A stretch of DNA of 64,000 nucleotides from Candidatus Undinarchaeota archaeon. Its GTDB lineage: Archaea > Undinarchaeota > Undinarchaeia > Undinarchaeales > UBA543. The position numbers and the translations under genes are program-made. How positions within the stretch are numbered: position 1 is the stretch's first letter; the number at the start of each line of letters is the position of its first letter. A model generated the notes under the pieces. The model did not search any database, was not told the DNA's origin, and saw nothing but the letters and a program-made list of their open reading frames with translations. The stretch lies in contig CAZWSR010000001.1 of assembly GCA_964636545.1 (NCBI GenBank), positions 102,821-166,820 of the forward strand, in the 5' to 3' direction. Of the stretch, positions 1 to 10,110 are shown piece after piece.

Positions 1-19
1 TTGTGAAATTAGTTTCAAA

Positions 20-1378
20 TTAAATTTTCTTAACAAAACCTAATTCAGCATTAACCTCAACCCCATCTCCATCTTTTAGAACTTTTGTTGCAGTTTTAGT
101 TCCAACTAAACAAGGTACTCCTAATTCTCGTGAAACAATTGCAGCATGGCAAGTTACTCCACCTTCGTCAGTTACGATTGCTGCTGCTTTCTGCATTGCT
201 GTAACATAATCTGGGTGAGTTGTTACTGCAACTAAAATATCGCCTTTTTTAACTTTTTTAAGATCAGCAACTCCGCGAACAATCACCACTTTGCCTTTTG
301 CAGTTCCTTTGGATGCAATTGTTCCAATCAGTTCGTCAGTTTTTGCTTCTTCAATTGGCAAATTAAATTCTTGGATAATTGAAAGTGCTTTGTCTCCATG
401 CTCGCACTGGATATTGCGATCACTGTCATAATAAATTGAAAATCCGTTCTTGCGCTCTGCAATAATATTTGAATCAAATTTTCCCCCATTCTGCAAGAAA
501 TCCATAATTTCATTTTTTAGAACATAACTCATGTCAAGTGTCCCAATTCCTATTCTCTTTCCAATTTCTGAAAATAGTTTTTGAGCAAGGAAAACACTTT
601 TTCTGCGGAAATCATCTTTGATATCCTTGAGATATGCAAATCCCTTTGCAATATCAATCATTTTCTTGTCTTCATCAGAAATCGCTAGCTGACTAATGAA
701 TTCATCATAAGTTATTGAATGTTTTTCAAGTGGTTTCAAGTTTGCAAGATAATCTTCAAACTCTTCCATTGTCCATGGGTCATTGTGCAAATCAAGACAA
801 GACATCCATTTGTATTCTTCAAAAAGCATAGTCTTGTCCTTTCCAGCTGCTGCATGTTCCTGAAGTTTGAAAACAGCTGCTTGGCCACGTGGGCTGAGTG
901 CTATTTTGTATAATTCTGCTTCATTTACCATGTTCTCAAAATATTTACTGAGGATATCACTTGCTTTTTTTGAAACAAGATTATTGATAATGAAACTAGT
1001 CCAAATCAGAGTGCAGTAAGGCAATTGTGCTTTGTAATATTGCTCATAAAGATCAGCAAGTTCAGAATTTTCAAGAGCTGAAAGATTTTTGCTTGCTATT
1101 TTTTCTGATGTGTTCAGATATTCTTCACCAAGCTTGACAAATAATTTTTCATATTCTTTTAATTTTGGAAGAGTAGAATATTCTTTTTCAAGTGACTGAA
1201 CAAGATTATTCCAGTTTTCTTCATGAAAAAAGCACACCTCATTCTGGTTATCAGGAACATAGATCTGGCTGTAAATCGGTTCTGGGAGTAAATCTTTGCA
1301 TTCCTCTGACAAACAGCGGAGAGAAACTTCAGTATATTGCACACCATATTCTCTTGAAATTATTTTCATCCACTTCAT
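20..1378 (-). CDS. PEP-utilizing enzyme mobile (phosphohistidine swivel) domain protein
   Basis: C-terminal GTIASKGTAKGKV...TTHPDY...TDEGGVTCHAAIVSRELGVP motif; helical N-terminal part, no ATP-grasp domain recognised. Confidence 0.85.
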   Translation of the reverse strand: MKWMKIISREYGVQYTEVSLRCLSEECKDLLPEPIYSQIYVPDNQNEVCFFHEENWNNLVQSLEKEYSTLPKLKEYEKLFVKLGEEYLNTSEKIASKNLSALENSELADLYEQYYKAQLPYCTLIWTSFIINNLVSKKASDILSKYFENMVNEAELYKIALSPRGQAAVFKLQEHAAAGKDKTMLFEEYKWMSCLDLHNDPWTMEEFEDYLANLKPLEKHSITYDEFISQLAISDEDKKMIDIAKGFAYLKDIKDDFRRKSVFLAQKLFSEIGKRIGIGTLDMSYVLKNEIMDFLQNGGKFDSNIIAERKNGFSIYYDSDRNIQCEHGDKALSIIQEFNLPIEEAKTDELIGTIASKGTAKGKVVIVRGVADLKKVKKGDILVAVTTHPDYVTAMQKAAAIVTDEGGVTCHAAIVSRELGVPCLVGTKTATKVLKDGDGVEVNAELGFVKKI

Positions 1379-1896
1379 TCAATTCCAAGCTCCTTTTTCA
1401 CATTAGCAAATCTTTTCATGTATTCTTTTGCAATTTCAGGTGGCTTTTCTTTATTGTAAACAGTTTCGTCGTAGAGGCAGCAGTCCAAAGTGTCTGCATC
1501 CTTGATTAATTCAGTGTAGACATCTTCAGAATAAATCTGCTTGTCACTGTGACTCTTGATAGCGTTTATTATAATTTCTTTTTCTTCGTCATTGTAATCA
1601 GTTAGTAATTCTTTTGCTAATTCACCACTTTTGATAGCATGTTCTTTGTAAGAGCCAGTGTCAAGAACGGCTAAGTCGTAGAGAGCTGCAATTGTTGTTG
1701 CTAAGTCGCGATCCAAATTCCTTTTCATTGCAAGAAGTCGAGTAATTTGAATGCAACTATTGATGTGCTTTAATTCAAATGTTTTGGACTCTTCTCGATT
1801 TTCATCAGAAACTTTACTGGAAAGAATCCGGTTTACAACAAGTTGTTCAATTTTTTCAGAGCGGGATAAATTATCCCCTTTGAAGTGATGGTACAT
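1375..1896 (-). CDS. HD-domain phosphohydrolase-like protein (HD reads YD)
   Basis: H...AALYD...H...HS...DADTLD spacing typical of HD domains. Confidence 0.7.
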   Translation of the reverse strand: MYHHFKGDNLSRSEKIEQLVVNRILSSKVSDENREESKTFELKHINSCIQITRLLAMKRNLDRDLATTIAALYDLAVLDTGSYKEHAIKSGELAKELLTDYNDEEKEIIINAIKSHSDKQIYSEDVYTELIKDADTLDCCLYDETVYNKEKPPEIAKEYMKRFANVKKELGIE

Positions 1897-1952
1897 AACA
1901 AAATACTGCGTTAAAAGAGAATATATAATTTGTTGTATTAAAAATAAATTAA

Positions 1953-4900
1953 CTAATCTGCGTAGTATTCTTTTAATGATTTGATTCCAAAACTTTTTTC
2001 TCGGTTTCTTTTGATTGCCTCAAGTACAATTTTTGCTCCAGCCAATGTTGTGATACATGGAACTTTCTTGAAAATACAGGCATGTCGTATCTTGTATCCG
2101 CCCCTGCTTGCGACTTCTCCACGAGTTGGCGTATTTATTACAAGCTGGATACTATCATTATTTATTACATCAACAACATTTGGAGAACCTTGACTTGGTT
2201 TAAGGAGTTTCTGATTCTTGATACCATCCACATGAAGTATTTTTGATGTGTGACCAACTGCGGCAATTTTAAAACCAAGATCTTTGAATCCTTTAGCAAC
2301 AGCATAGATGTGTTCCTTGTCCTGATCTCGAACTGCAAAAAATACTCGTCCAGAATCAGGAAGCTTAGTTCCAGCACCAAGCTGGGCTTTGTAAAATGCT
2401 TCTGCGAAATTATCTGCAATACCCATACTCTCCCCTGTGCTCTTCATTTCAGGCCCAAGACGAGAGTCAGAACCTGGAATTTTGTTAAATGGGAAAACAA
2501 TAGACTTTACAGAAACATGTTTTGGTGTTTTTTCAGTGTAGCCGAGCTCTTTCAGGGTTTTTCCAGCAAGAACCTTAGCTGCTATTTTTGCAATTGGGAG
2601 ATTTGTAGCTTTGCTGATGAATGGAACAGTCCTACTGCTTCTTGGATTTGCCTCAAGCACATAAACAGTATCACCTTTTACTGCATATTGCATATTCATT
2701 AATCCAATTACATTCATCTCAAGTGCGAGTTTTCTTGTGTAATCTTTTATTTTATTTACAATATCAGTGCCGAGGGTTTGTGGAGGAACAACACATGAGG
2801 AATCGCCAGAATGAATACCTGCTTCTTCAATATGCTCCATGATCCCGCCAATTAAAACATCCTTGCTATCGCAAACACAATCCACATCAACTTCAATTGC
2901 GTTCTGGAGAAACTTGTCAATTAAAATTGGCTGATTTTCTGAAACACTAACAGCTTCTCTGACATAGGATTCTAACTGAGAATCTTCGTGAATGATTTCC
3001 ATTGCTCGGCCACCAAGAACATAACTTGGACGAACCAGAACAGGATAACCCAGCCTTTCAACTATTTTCTGAGCATCTTCTAAACTGCGTGCAATGCCGT
3101 TTTCAGCTTGTGGAATGTTTAGTTTAGTGAGAATTTGTGTAAATTTATCCCTGTCTTCGGAAAGATCCATATCTTCAGGAGAGGTTCCAATAATATTGAC
3201 TCCTGCTTTTTTCAGTGGCAAGGACAAGTTAACTGCAGTTTGACCACCGAATTGAGTTATGACGCCGAATGGTTTTTCCTCGCGAACCACATTCATCACA
3301 TGCTCAAAATCAACTGGCTCAAAATAGAGTTTATCAGCAGTGTCATAATCAGTGCTGACGGTTTCAGGATTGTTGTTGAGAATTATTGTTTCAATACCTT
3401 CTTCTCGCAATGCCCAAACTGCATGAACAGTGCAATAATCAAATTCTATTCCCTGGCCGATTCGGATTGGTCCTGCGCCAAGAATTAACACTTTTTTATT
3501 ATCAGTGTGCCGTGTTTCTGTTTCAGTCCCTGATGTACTGTAGTAATATGGCGTTTTTGATTCAAACTCTGCAGCACAAGTATCAACCATTTTGAAACAA
3601 ACATTCTTTTTTTCTTTAGGAGAATCAATAATATTCTTTATTTTTTCAAGGAACCATAAATCAATATTTGTTAGCTCGTGGATTTCTTCAAGAGTAAAAC
3701 CAATTCTTAAAGCATCTGCAATATAGAAGAGCCGCTTGTGAGTGGGTGTTCTTAAAAGTCTCTTGAGAAGTCGAGGATCTGTTATACCGGTTGTTTCAAA
3801 ACCTTTTCTTTTTATGTCAAGACTGCAAATTGCTTTCAAAAGAGATTCTTCAAAAGTTCGACCAATTGCCATAACCTCGCCAGTAGAACGCATTTCAGTA
3901 CCGAGCTCGCATTTTGCAAGACGAAACTTTTCAAATGGCCAGCGAGGAATTTTGACAATAATATAATCAAGCGCTGGCTCAAAGCTGGCAGAAGTGTCCT
4001 GAGTGATTGGGTTTGGGATATCTGTGAGAGTTTTCCCAATTGCGATTTTTGTTGTTATGAGTGCGATTGGATAGCCAGTTGCTTTGCTTGCAAGAGCAGA
4101 AGATCTGGAAACACGCGGATTAACTTCAATTATGCAATATTCATTGCTTTTTGGATTAAGACCATATTGAATATTGCATCCACCTTCCACCCCAAGGGCT
4201 CGGATTATTTTAATGGATGCAGACCTGAGCATCTGGTATTCATCATCACTCAAAGTTTGCGACGGAGCAACAACAATACTTTCACCAGTGTGGATACCCA
4301 TTGGATCAAAGTTTTCCATGTTACAGATCGTAATGCAATTGTCATCAGAATCTCGCATAACTTCATACTCTACTTCTTTCCAGCCAGAAACACACTTTTC
4401 AATTAGAACCTGACTTATTCTGCTGAGAGTAATTCCTTTTTTAGCTATTTTTTCCAGATCAGTGATTGTGTGTGCGATTCCCCCACCAGATCCCCCAAGT
4501 GTGTAGGCTGGGCGAATAACAACTGGATACCCTATTTCGCTTGCATACACTTTTGCATCCTCAACAGTATTAACTGCTTTTGACGGGAGAACAGGTTCTC
4601 CGATTTCAATTAGCAGTTTCTTGAATTCATTCCGGTCCTCACACAATTTTATTGCTGAAATTGGAGTTCCAAGAACAGCCACATTGTGTTTTTTCAGAAT
4701 TCCTTTTTCCCCAAGCTCAGATACAAGATTCAAAGCAGTTTGACCACCAAGACTTGACAAAATTCCATCTGGTTTTTCCTTTTCAATTACTTTTTCAACA
4801 AACTCAAGAGTCAGTGGTTCAATGTAAACTGAATCTGCCATGTCTGAATCTGTTTGGATTGTTGCTGGATTGGAATTAATCAGAACTGTTTTGATTCCTT

Positions 4901-5009
4901 CTTCTTTCAGAGCTTTGAGAGCCTGTGAACCAGAGTAGTCAAATTCTGCAGCTTGACCGATTATGATTGGTCCAGAACCTATTAGGAGAACTTTTTTAAT
5001 TTGTTTCAT
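1953..5009 (-). CDS. carB: Carbamoyl-phosphate synthase large subunit
   Basis: GSGPIIIGQAAEFDYSG, two ATP-grasp halves, VDTCAAEF, C-terminal MGS domain. Confidence 0.98.
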   Translation of the reverse strand: MKQIKKVLLIGSGPIIIGQAAEFDYSGSQALKALKEEGIKTVLINSNPATIQTDSDMADSVYIEPLTLEFVEKVIEKEKPDGILSSLGGQTALNLVSELGEKGILKKHNVAVLGTPISAIKLCEDRNEFKKLLIEIGEPVLPSKAVNTVEDAKVYASEIGYPVVIRPAYTLGGSGGGIAHTITDLEKIAKKGITLSRISQVLIEKCVSGWKEVEYEVMRDSDDNCITICNMENFDPMGIHTGESIVVAPSQTLSDDEYQMLRSASIKIIRALGVEGGCNIQYGLNPKSNEYCIIEVNPRVSRSSALASKATGYPIALITTKIAIGKTLTDIPNPITQDTSASFEPALDYIIVKIPRWPFEKFRLAKCELGTEMRSTGEVMAIGRTFEESLLKAICSLDIKRKGFETTGITDPRLLKRLLRTPTHKRLFYIADALRIGFTLEEIHELTNIDLWFLEKIKNIIDSPKEKKNVCFKMVDTCAAEFESKTPYYYSTSGTETETRHTDNKKVLILGAGPIRIGQGIEFDYCTVHAVWALREEGIETIILNNNPETVSTDYDTADKLYFEPVDFEHVMNVVREEKPFGVITQFGGQTAVNLSLPLKKAGVNIIGTSPEDMDLSEDRDKFTQILTKLNIPQAENGIARSLEDAQKIVERLGYPVLVRPSYVLGGRAMEIIHEDSQLESYVREAVSVSENQPILIDKFLQNAIEVDVDCVCDSKDVLIGGIMEHIEEAGIHSGDSSCVVPPQTLGTDIVNKIKDYTRKLALEMNVIGLMNMQYAVKGDTVYVLEANPRSSRTVPFISKATNLPIAKIAAKVLAGKTLKELGYTEKTPKHVSVKSIVFPFNKIPGSDSRLGPEMKSTGESMGIADNFAEAFYKAQLGAGTKLPDSGRVFFAVRDQDKEHIYAVAKGFKDLGFKIAAVGHTSKILHVDGIKNQKLLKPSQGSPNVVDVINNDSIQLVINTPTRGEVASRGGYKIRHACIFKKVPCITTLAGAKIVLEAIKRNREKSFGIKSLKEYYAD

Positions 5010-6102
5010 GTTTCTCCATTATTTTTACAAGCCTGTCAAATTCATCGAGCTTGTCGTATGGCCCAGGTCTTGCTTCTGGGTGGTATTGTGTTGAAAAAAT
5101 TGGAAGGGATTCGTGCTCTATTGCTTCTACAGTTTGATCATTGCAGTCAGTTTCAGTTACAGTAAGGCCTGTTCCTTTTAGAGAGTCTGCATCAACACAG
5201 AAACTGTGGTTTTGGGAAGTTACAAAAACTTTTCCAGTTTTGAGATTTTTTACAGCGTGATTTCCGCCGCGATGACCGAATTTGAGTTTGAAATTCATTC
5301 CACCACACGCAGCCGCAATTATCCCATTGCCAAGACAGATTCCATTGAGTGGAACTTTTCCAACAAGCTCCTTAACAGTTTTGATTGTGTAGGTTATCAT
5401 TTCAGGGTTTCCAGGACCATTAGAAATGTGAACGCACGTTGGTTTGAGTGATAGAATTTTCTCTGCGCTTGTTTCAGGATGAACTCGTGTGACTTCAATA
5501 TTTCTCTTAACCATTTCCCTGACAATGCTGAGTTTGACACCGCAGTCAATCATTACAAGTTTGTGCTTGTTGCCCTGGCCGTGGATTATTTCTTTTTTGT
5601 CTTTGTACTCTACTTCTGCATAATCCTTCACAAGGTCCGTGTTTGCATAGTCAAATGATTTTATTTCTTCAATAATTTTTGTAATGTCTGCTGTTGGATC
5701 CTGTATTATTTTGCCAACCATTGTGCCTTTGTTTCGGATTTGGATTGTAAGAGCTCTGGTGTCAATACCATGAATTCCAGGAACATCATGTTCTTTTAAA
5801 AATTCATCTAATGATTTGACTGACTTGTAGTGAGAGGGAGTGTGACATAAATTATTAACAATCATTCCGCTAGCCCATACTTTGCTCCCTTCAAAACTTT
5901 CTTCATTAATGCCATAGTTGCCAATAAGTGGATAAGTTTGTGTTAGAATTTGTCTGTGGTATGATGGATCTGTTAGAGATTCCTGATAACCAGTCATGGC
6001 TGTGTTAAAAACAACTTCTGCAACAATATCCTTGTGAGCACCAAAAGGGTGACCCTCGTAGACTGTCCCGTCTTCCAGCACTAACCGTATCGTATCTCCC
6101 AT
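4996..6102 (-). CDS. carA: Carbamoyl-phosphate synthase small subunit
   Basis: VFNTAMTGYQE, SNGPGNP, GICLG, QYHPE; start placed at the ATG after a GGAGAG SD-like motif. Confidence 0.97.
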   Translation of the reverse strand: MGDTIRLVLEDGTVYEGHPFGAHKDIVAEVVFNTAMTGYQESLTDPSYHRQILTQTYPLIGNYGINEESFEGSKVWASGMIVNNLCHTPSHYKSVKSLDEFLKEHDVPGIHGIDTRALTIQIRNKGTMVGKIIQDPTADITKIIEEIKSFDYANTDLVKDYAEVEYKDKKEIIHGQGNKHKLVMIDCGVKLSIVREMVKRNIEVTRVHPETSAEKILSLKPTCVHISNGPGNPEMITYTIKTVKELVGKVPLNGICLGNGIIAAACGGMNFKLKFGHRGGNHAVKNLKTGKVFVTSQNHSFCVDADSLKGTGLTVTETDCNDQTVEAIEHESLPIFSTQYHPEARPGPYDKLDEFDRLVKIMEKHETN

Positions 6103-6179
6103 TAATCTCTCCAATAATTAGGTATAACCTTAAGGCGTTCTCCCTTTAAAATGTTTTGGTTATTTTGAGACAACTGTCT

Positions 6180-7112
6180 TTATAATTTGTCAAGTAAGAA
6201 TAGCATAATTGCTTTTTGAATATGCAAGCGGTTTTCTGCTTGATCAAATACAATGCTTTTTGAACCGTCAATTACATCAGCTGCTTGCTCATAACCGCGC
6301 TTTGCAGGTAAGCAGTTCATGAAAATCACATCATCTTTTGCTAAGTTTACTAATTCAGTTGTGACTTGGTATGGTTTGAAAGTTTCAACTCGTTTCTGCT
6401 CTTCCTTTTCTGGAATTCCGTAGCTCATCCAAGAGTCAGTGTAAATCACATCAGCATCTTTTGCAGCTGCTTGTGCATCATGAGAAACATAAATATTTGC
6501 CTTGCTTGTTTCTGAAATCTTTGCAATTTCATCAAGAACAGCTTGTTCTGGTTCGTATTCTGAACCTTCTGGTCCACATACTGCCATTTCCCAGCCAAGT
6601 AGTGCAGACAAACGCATTAAATCATAAGTTACATTATTGTGACAGTCGCCAAAGTAAGTCATTTTACGAGGGTTAAGGTCGCCTTTTTTCTCCTTTATTG
6701 TCTGAAAGTCGCACAGAATCTGGCAAGGGTGTGCAAAATCGTCAAGTGCATTGATTACAGGGATTGTTGAGTGTTCTGATAACTTGACCAGGTCTTCTTT
6801 CTTGAAAACGCGGGCCATCATAATATCAGCATATCGTGAAATACAGCCTGCAGTATCCTCAATGTTTTCCTTTTTGCCAAGTGGTGAATCCTTAATTGAG
6901 TAAAAAATACCGTGACCACCGAGCTGAGTCATGCCAACTTCAAAAGAAACGCGAGTCCTGAGTGACGGTTTTTCAAAAAGCATTAACAAGGTTTTGTCTT
7001 TCAAATCGCTTGCGTGTGCATCAATATTTGCCTTGATTTCAATAGATTTATCTATGATGTTCAGGCATTCTTCTTTAGTAAAATCAGTAATTTTTAGTAA
7101 ATGTCTAACCAT
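6180..7112 (-). CDS. argF: Ornithine carbamoyltransferase
   Basis: KPSLRTRVSFE, HPCQ, YTDSWMSYG, NCLP, DQAENR. Confidence 0.95.
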   Translation of the reverse strand: MVRHLLKITDFTKEECLNIIDKSIEIKANIDAHASDLKDKTLLMLFEKPSLRTRVSFEVGMTQLGGHGIFYSIKDSPLGKKENIEDTAGCISRYADIMMARVFKKEDLVKLSEHSTIPVINALDDFAHPCQILCDFQTIKEKKGDLNPRKMTYFGDCHNNVTYDLMRLSALLGWEMAVCGPEGSEYEPEQAVLDEIAKISETSKANIYVSHDAQAAAKDADVIYTDSWMSYGIPEKEEQKRVETFKPYQVTTELVNLAKDDVIFMNCLPAKRGYEQAADVIDGSKSIVFDQAENRLHIQKAIMLFLLDKL

Positions 7113-7230
7113 TTTTCCACCCTTGACAGATAATACAAGTTGTAGATTAAATAATATTCGGTTGGTTTAAAACAATTACCTAGATTAGTATACTCTTCAC
7201 TCTTAGAGTAAACTTTTCCCACTAGCTTCC

Positions 7231-7458
7231 TTACATTAACTGTTCTATTTTGCGGATTAAAGGCACTGTGAACAGCAGTAAGCCAAGCCATATTATAAAG
7301 ACACCAAGGATGAAATTCGCAACCCAGCTTTCTGCAGCGTTTCCGATAACCATGACACCGAATGCCATGACGAGAGCGCCGACAAAACTGAGGATTATCT
7401 CCTCAACTGCGAACATTATTCTTTTTTCCTGTTTGGATGTCTTTCTCTTTTTTGCCAT
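7231..7458 (-). CDS. Small two-TM membrane protein
   Basis: Basic N-terminus followed by two hydrophobic segments. Confidence 0.65.
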   Translation of the reverse strand: MAKKRKTSKQEKRIMFAVEEIILSFVGALVMAFGVMVIGNAAESWVANFILGVFIIWLGLLLFTVPLIRKIEQLM

Positions 7459-7545
7459 GATTCAGGGTATGTTAAGTTGTTTTATAAAGGTTATTATATG
7501 ACACTAAAAACAAGATATATATACAGGAGTATACACTTTTTAAAC

Positions 7546-8322
7546 ATGAAAAGGATGGCATTTACTGCTTTCGCAGTTTTCTTTCTGGTTTTAGCTAGCG
7601 CAGTTAGTGCAGGGCCAACTGACTCGTGTTCTGTAGATAAGCTCAAAGTTGAAAACATTGCAACAGAACTTACTACAAAAACAAAGCTTACTTATTATGT
7701 TGAATGTAGCCCAACAGCAGATGCTGGGCAGATAAACCGACTTGTTGTGACAGTTCCTTATCGTGATGTTTACAATGTTGAAGCAGAAGATGCTCTTGGA
7801 GGAATGAAAGTTTTTGAAGGACCAGGATATGCTGGTTTTACAAGCACTGACACTGACTCAACAATTGGAAGTTTTTTCAGAAAAGCAATTGTGCTGGAAA
7901 GCAATAACACAACTGGTTACATGATGACTCTTGGTTTCCAGAGCGACTTGATGGTTTATGAAGCAGAAAAGATTTTCAGGATTACTCCATCTGGTTTGGG
8001 TGCAAACCCAAAAGTAACTGCAGTTGGAACAGGAATTACTGAAGCTCAGATTTCAATTAACAGTGTTGATTATTCACTCTCACTTCCTCTTGGAAGCGCA
8101 GTAACTTCATCCCCAAGTGGATGTTCAGTTACAGATGGTTTTGTAAATTGTACTGGAATTAGTGCAAGTGTATTAGATAGTATGGAAATAAAATGGACAG
8201 GTAGCGGACCAGGAGTACTCTTCACACAAGTGCGAGAGTTCACTTATGACCTTCCAGACTTCTTCACAAGCTTTTTTAATGGGCTAAAGAGTACTATAGA
8301 TAGGTTATTGAACAGAGATTAA
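7546..8322 (+). CDS. Secreted or surface protein of unknown function
   Basis: Signal-peptide-like MKRMAFTAFAVFFLVLASAVSA; Ser/Thr/Gly-rich. Confidence 0.7.
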   Translation: MKRMAFTAFAVFFLVLASAVSAGPTDSCSVDKLKVENIATELTTKTKLTYYVECSPTADAGQINRLVVTVPYRDVYNVEAEDALGGMKVFEGPGYAGFTSTDTDSTIGSFFRKAIVLESNNTTGYMMTLGFQSDLMVYEAEKIFRITPSGLGANPKVTAVGTGITEAQISINSVDYSLSLPLGSAVTSSPSGCSVTDGFVNCTGISASVLDSMEIKWTGSGPGVLFTQVREFTYDLPDFFTSFFNGLKSTIDRLLNRD

Positions 8323-8323
8323 A

Positions 8324-8608
8324 ATGGGGATAGGAATTTACTTCTTTGCAGGAGTGGCGATAGTAGTTGCTGTTTTAGCTTATTTAATATATTTTCAAAA
8401 GGACCCATTTAAGGTTATTACAAAGCATCCAAGCTTATCAGGAAGGATTGAGCCGATAAAACCAAGTGGGAAAGAATCAGCACCAGTAACTGGTGTTTGT
8501 GGAATGTGTGGCGACCAGGTGACAATGCCGTTTAAGTGTAAATTCTGTAAAGGGCTTTATTGTGAGAATCATCGGTTGCCTGAAGATCATGATTGTGACG
8601 GGGTTTAG
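8324..8608 (+). CDS. Membrane-anchored AN1-type zinc finger protein
   Basis: N-terminal TM; CGMC...PFKCKFCKGLYCENHRLPEDHDC. Confidence 0.85.
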   Translation: MGIGIYFFAGVAIVVAVLAYLIYFQKDPFKVITKHPSLSGRIEPIKPSGKESAPVTGVCGMCGDQVTMPFKCKFCKGLYCENHRLPEDHDCDGV

Positions 8609-8633
8609 CTTGGATAACGAATTTAGTTACTTT

Positions 8634-8693
8634 GGTATCGGCTGTCAGCCCTCAGCAGTCAGGGCCTGATGGCTGAATGCTGACACCTTAACC
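8634..8693. repeat. Palindromic heptamer-repeat element (nnnTCAG / CTGAnnn family), no cargo
   Basis: GGTATCG GCTGTCA GCCCTCA GCAGTCA GGGC CTGATGG CTGAATG CTGACAC CTTAACC; CTGACACCTTAAC (8680-8692) is identical to 62703-62715. Confidence 0.85.
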
Positions 8694-8763
8694 AATAGGG
8701 CAAACCTTTATATACCAAATACACTACTCCAAAGTAGTGACAAACGTCACTGGTGGTTAAAAA

Positions 8764-9609
8764 ATGGTTATGTGGATGCTCATAGCAATACCAATAATTC
8801 TCGTGTTCGGAGGACTAGGACTTATTGTAAAGTCTCCAAAGAATCTTATTCTTGGAAAAGTTTTGTTTGAATTTAAGGAATATGAACGAGGAGTTATCTA
8901 CAGATTCGGTAAATACCATCGTGTTGCAGAACCTGGATGGAAATTTATTATACCAGTTATTGAGAGTTTTATCAAGTACGATCTTCGTACTGAAACAATT
9001 GACATTCCACCACAATCAGTTATCACACGCGACGCAGTTAAATTAAATATTGACGCTATTATTTATCTTAGAGTTGACGATCCAGTAAAAGCAGAACTTT
9101 ATGTTGAAGAAGATTACAGAAAGGCAATTGAAGAGCACGTAAAAGGTCGTATTCGTAACCTTGTCGGAAGCATGGAACTTGATGAACTTTATGGAAAAAT
9201 TGACACAGTTAACAAACAGCTCAGAGAAGATGTTCAGAAACTCGCAATTGAGTGGGGCGTAATGATTGTTAACGTGGAACTTATCTCAGTTGCACCGCCA
9301 CAGCAAATGGTTGATGCAATGCAAGCAGAAGAAATTGCAGAGAGATACAAACGTGCAGAAATGCAGACAGCAGAAACAACCAAGATTAGAATTGGCGCAA
9401 TTGAAGAAGCTGCTGGAAAATTGTCAACTCCTGCTTTGAATTATCTTTACATAAAAGCATTGAAAGATATGGCAGACGGCAGAGCAACAAAGATTGTGTT
9501 CCCAATGGAGCTTACAAAAGCAGTTGAGAAACTTGCTGGTGGGCTTGGTGGAAAAGACAAATCAGATCTTGCAAGCACTGCAGAAAAGCTATTGGAGAGA
9601 ATCAAATAA
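8764..9609 (+). CDS. SPFH/band 7 (stomatin-like) protein
   Basis: EYERGVIYRFG, DLRTETIDIPPQSVITRD, EWGV; N-terminal TM. Confidence 0.92.
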   Translation: MVMWMLIAIPIILVFGGLGLIVKSPKNLILGKVLFEFKEYERGVIYRFGKYHRVAEPGWKFIIPVIESFIKYDLRTETIDIPPQSVITRDAVKLNIDAIIYLRVDDPVKAELYVEEDYRKAIEEHVKGRIRNLVGSMELDELYGKIDTVNKQLREDVQKLAIEWGVMIVNVELISVAPPQQMVDAMQAEEIAERYKRAEMQTAETTKIRIGAIEEAAGKLSTPALNYLYIKALKDMADGRATKIVFPMELTKAVEKLAGGLGGKDKSDLASTAEKLLERIK

Positions 9610-9614
9610 AGTTT

Positions 9615-9686
9615 TTTAGAGTTTAGATTTTGGAATTTAGAATTTAGAGTACTCCAAATTCTAAACTCTTAATTCCAAATTCCATT
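9615..9686. repeat. Palindromic heptamer-repeat element (TTTRGAN family)
   Basis: TTTAGAG TTTAGAT TTTGGAA TTTAGAA TTTAGAG TA CTCCAAA TTCTAAA CTCTTAA TTCCAAA TTCCATT. Confidence 0.9.
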
Positions 9687-9741
9687 CAGAAAATATTAAC
9701 AAAACCCAACACTATTTATAAAAAAACAAACTAGCCCCACT

Positions 9742-10110
9742 GTGAAACAAATTATTGCTGAAACTAAGGAAGATATTTGGAGAATCCCTGCAGACACTAA
9801 TGAGCTTATTGTGGAGTTTCAGTTGTCATTGCAAGGTGCGCATGAGATTTTCAAGAGATGTGGTGAGCTTGAGAGAATTATTTTTAATGGGAAAGTTTAT
9901 GGATTGATGAGTCAAGATGTGAAGGATTATGTTGGAGAAAATTTTCATGTTGAAGTTAGAGGAGAGATTGGGAAAAGGCGGATGGACCCTGTAATTGAGA
10001 AAGAGATTAGAAATAAGTACGAAGGCGGAATGGTTAGTATTGAGCACATTGCAGAAGAATATGGAATTGATTATGATGTTGTGAAGAAGGTTATTGAGGG
10101 AAGATATTAA
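9742..10110 (+). CDS. Hypothetical protein with C-terminal HTH-like segment
   Basis: SIEHIAEEYGIDYDVVKKVI resembles an HTH; GTG start. Confidence 0.6.
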   Translation: MKQIIAETKEDIWRIPADTNELIVEFQLSLQGAHEIFKRCGELERIIFNGKVYGLMSQDVKDYVGENFHVEVRGEIGKRRMDPVIEKEIRNKYEGGMVSIEHIAEEYGIDYDVVKKVIEGRY

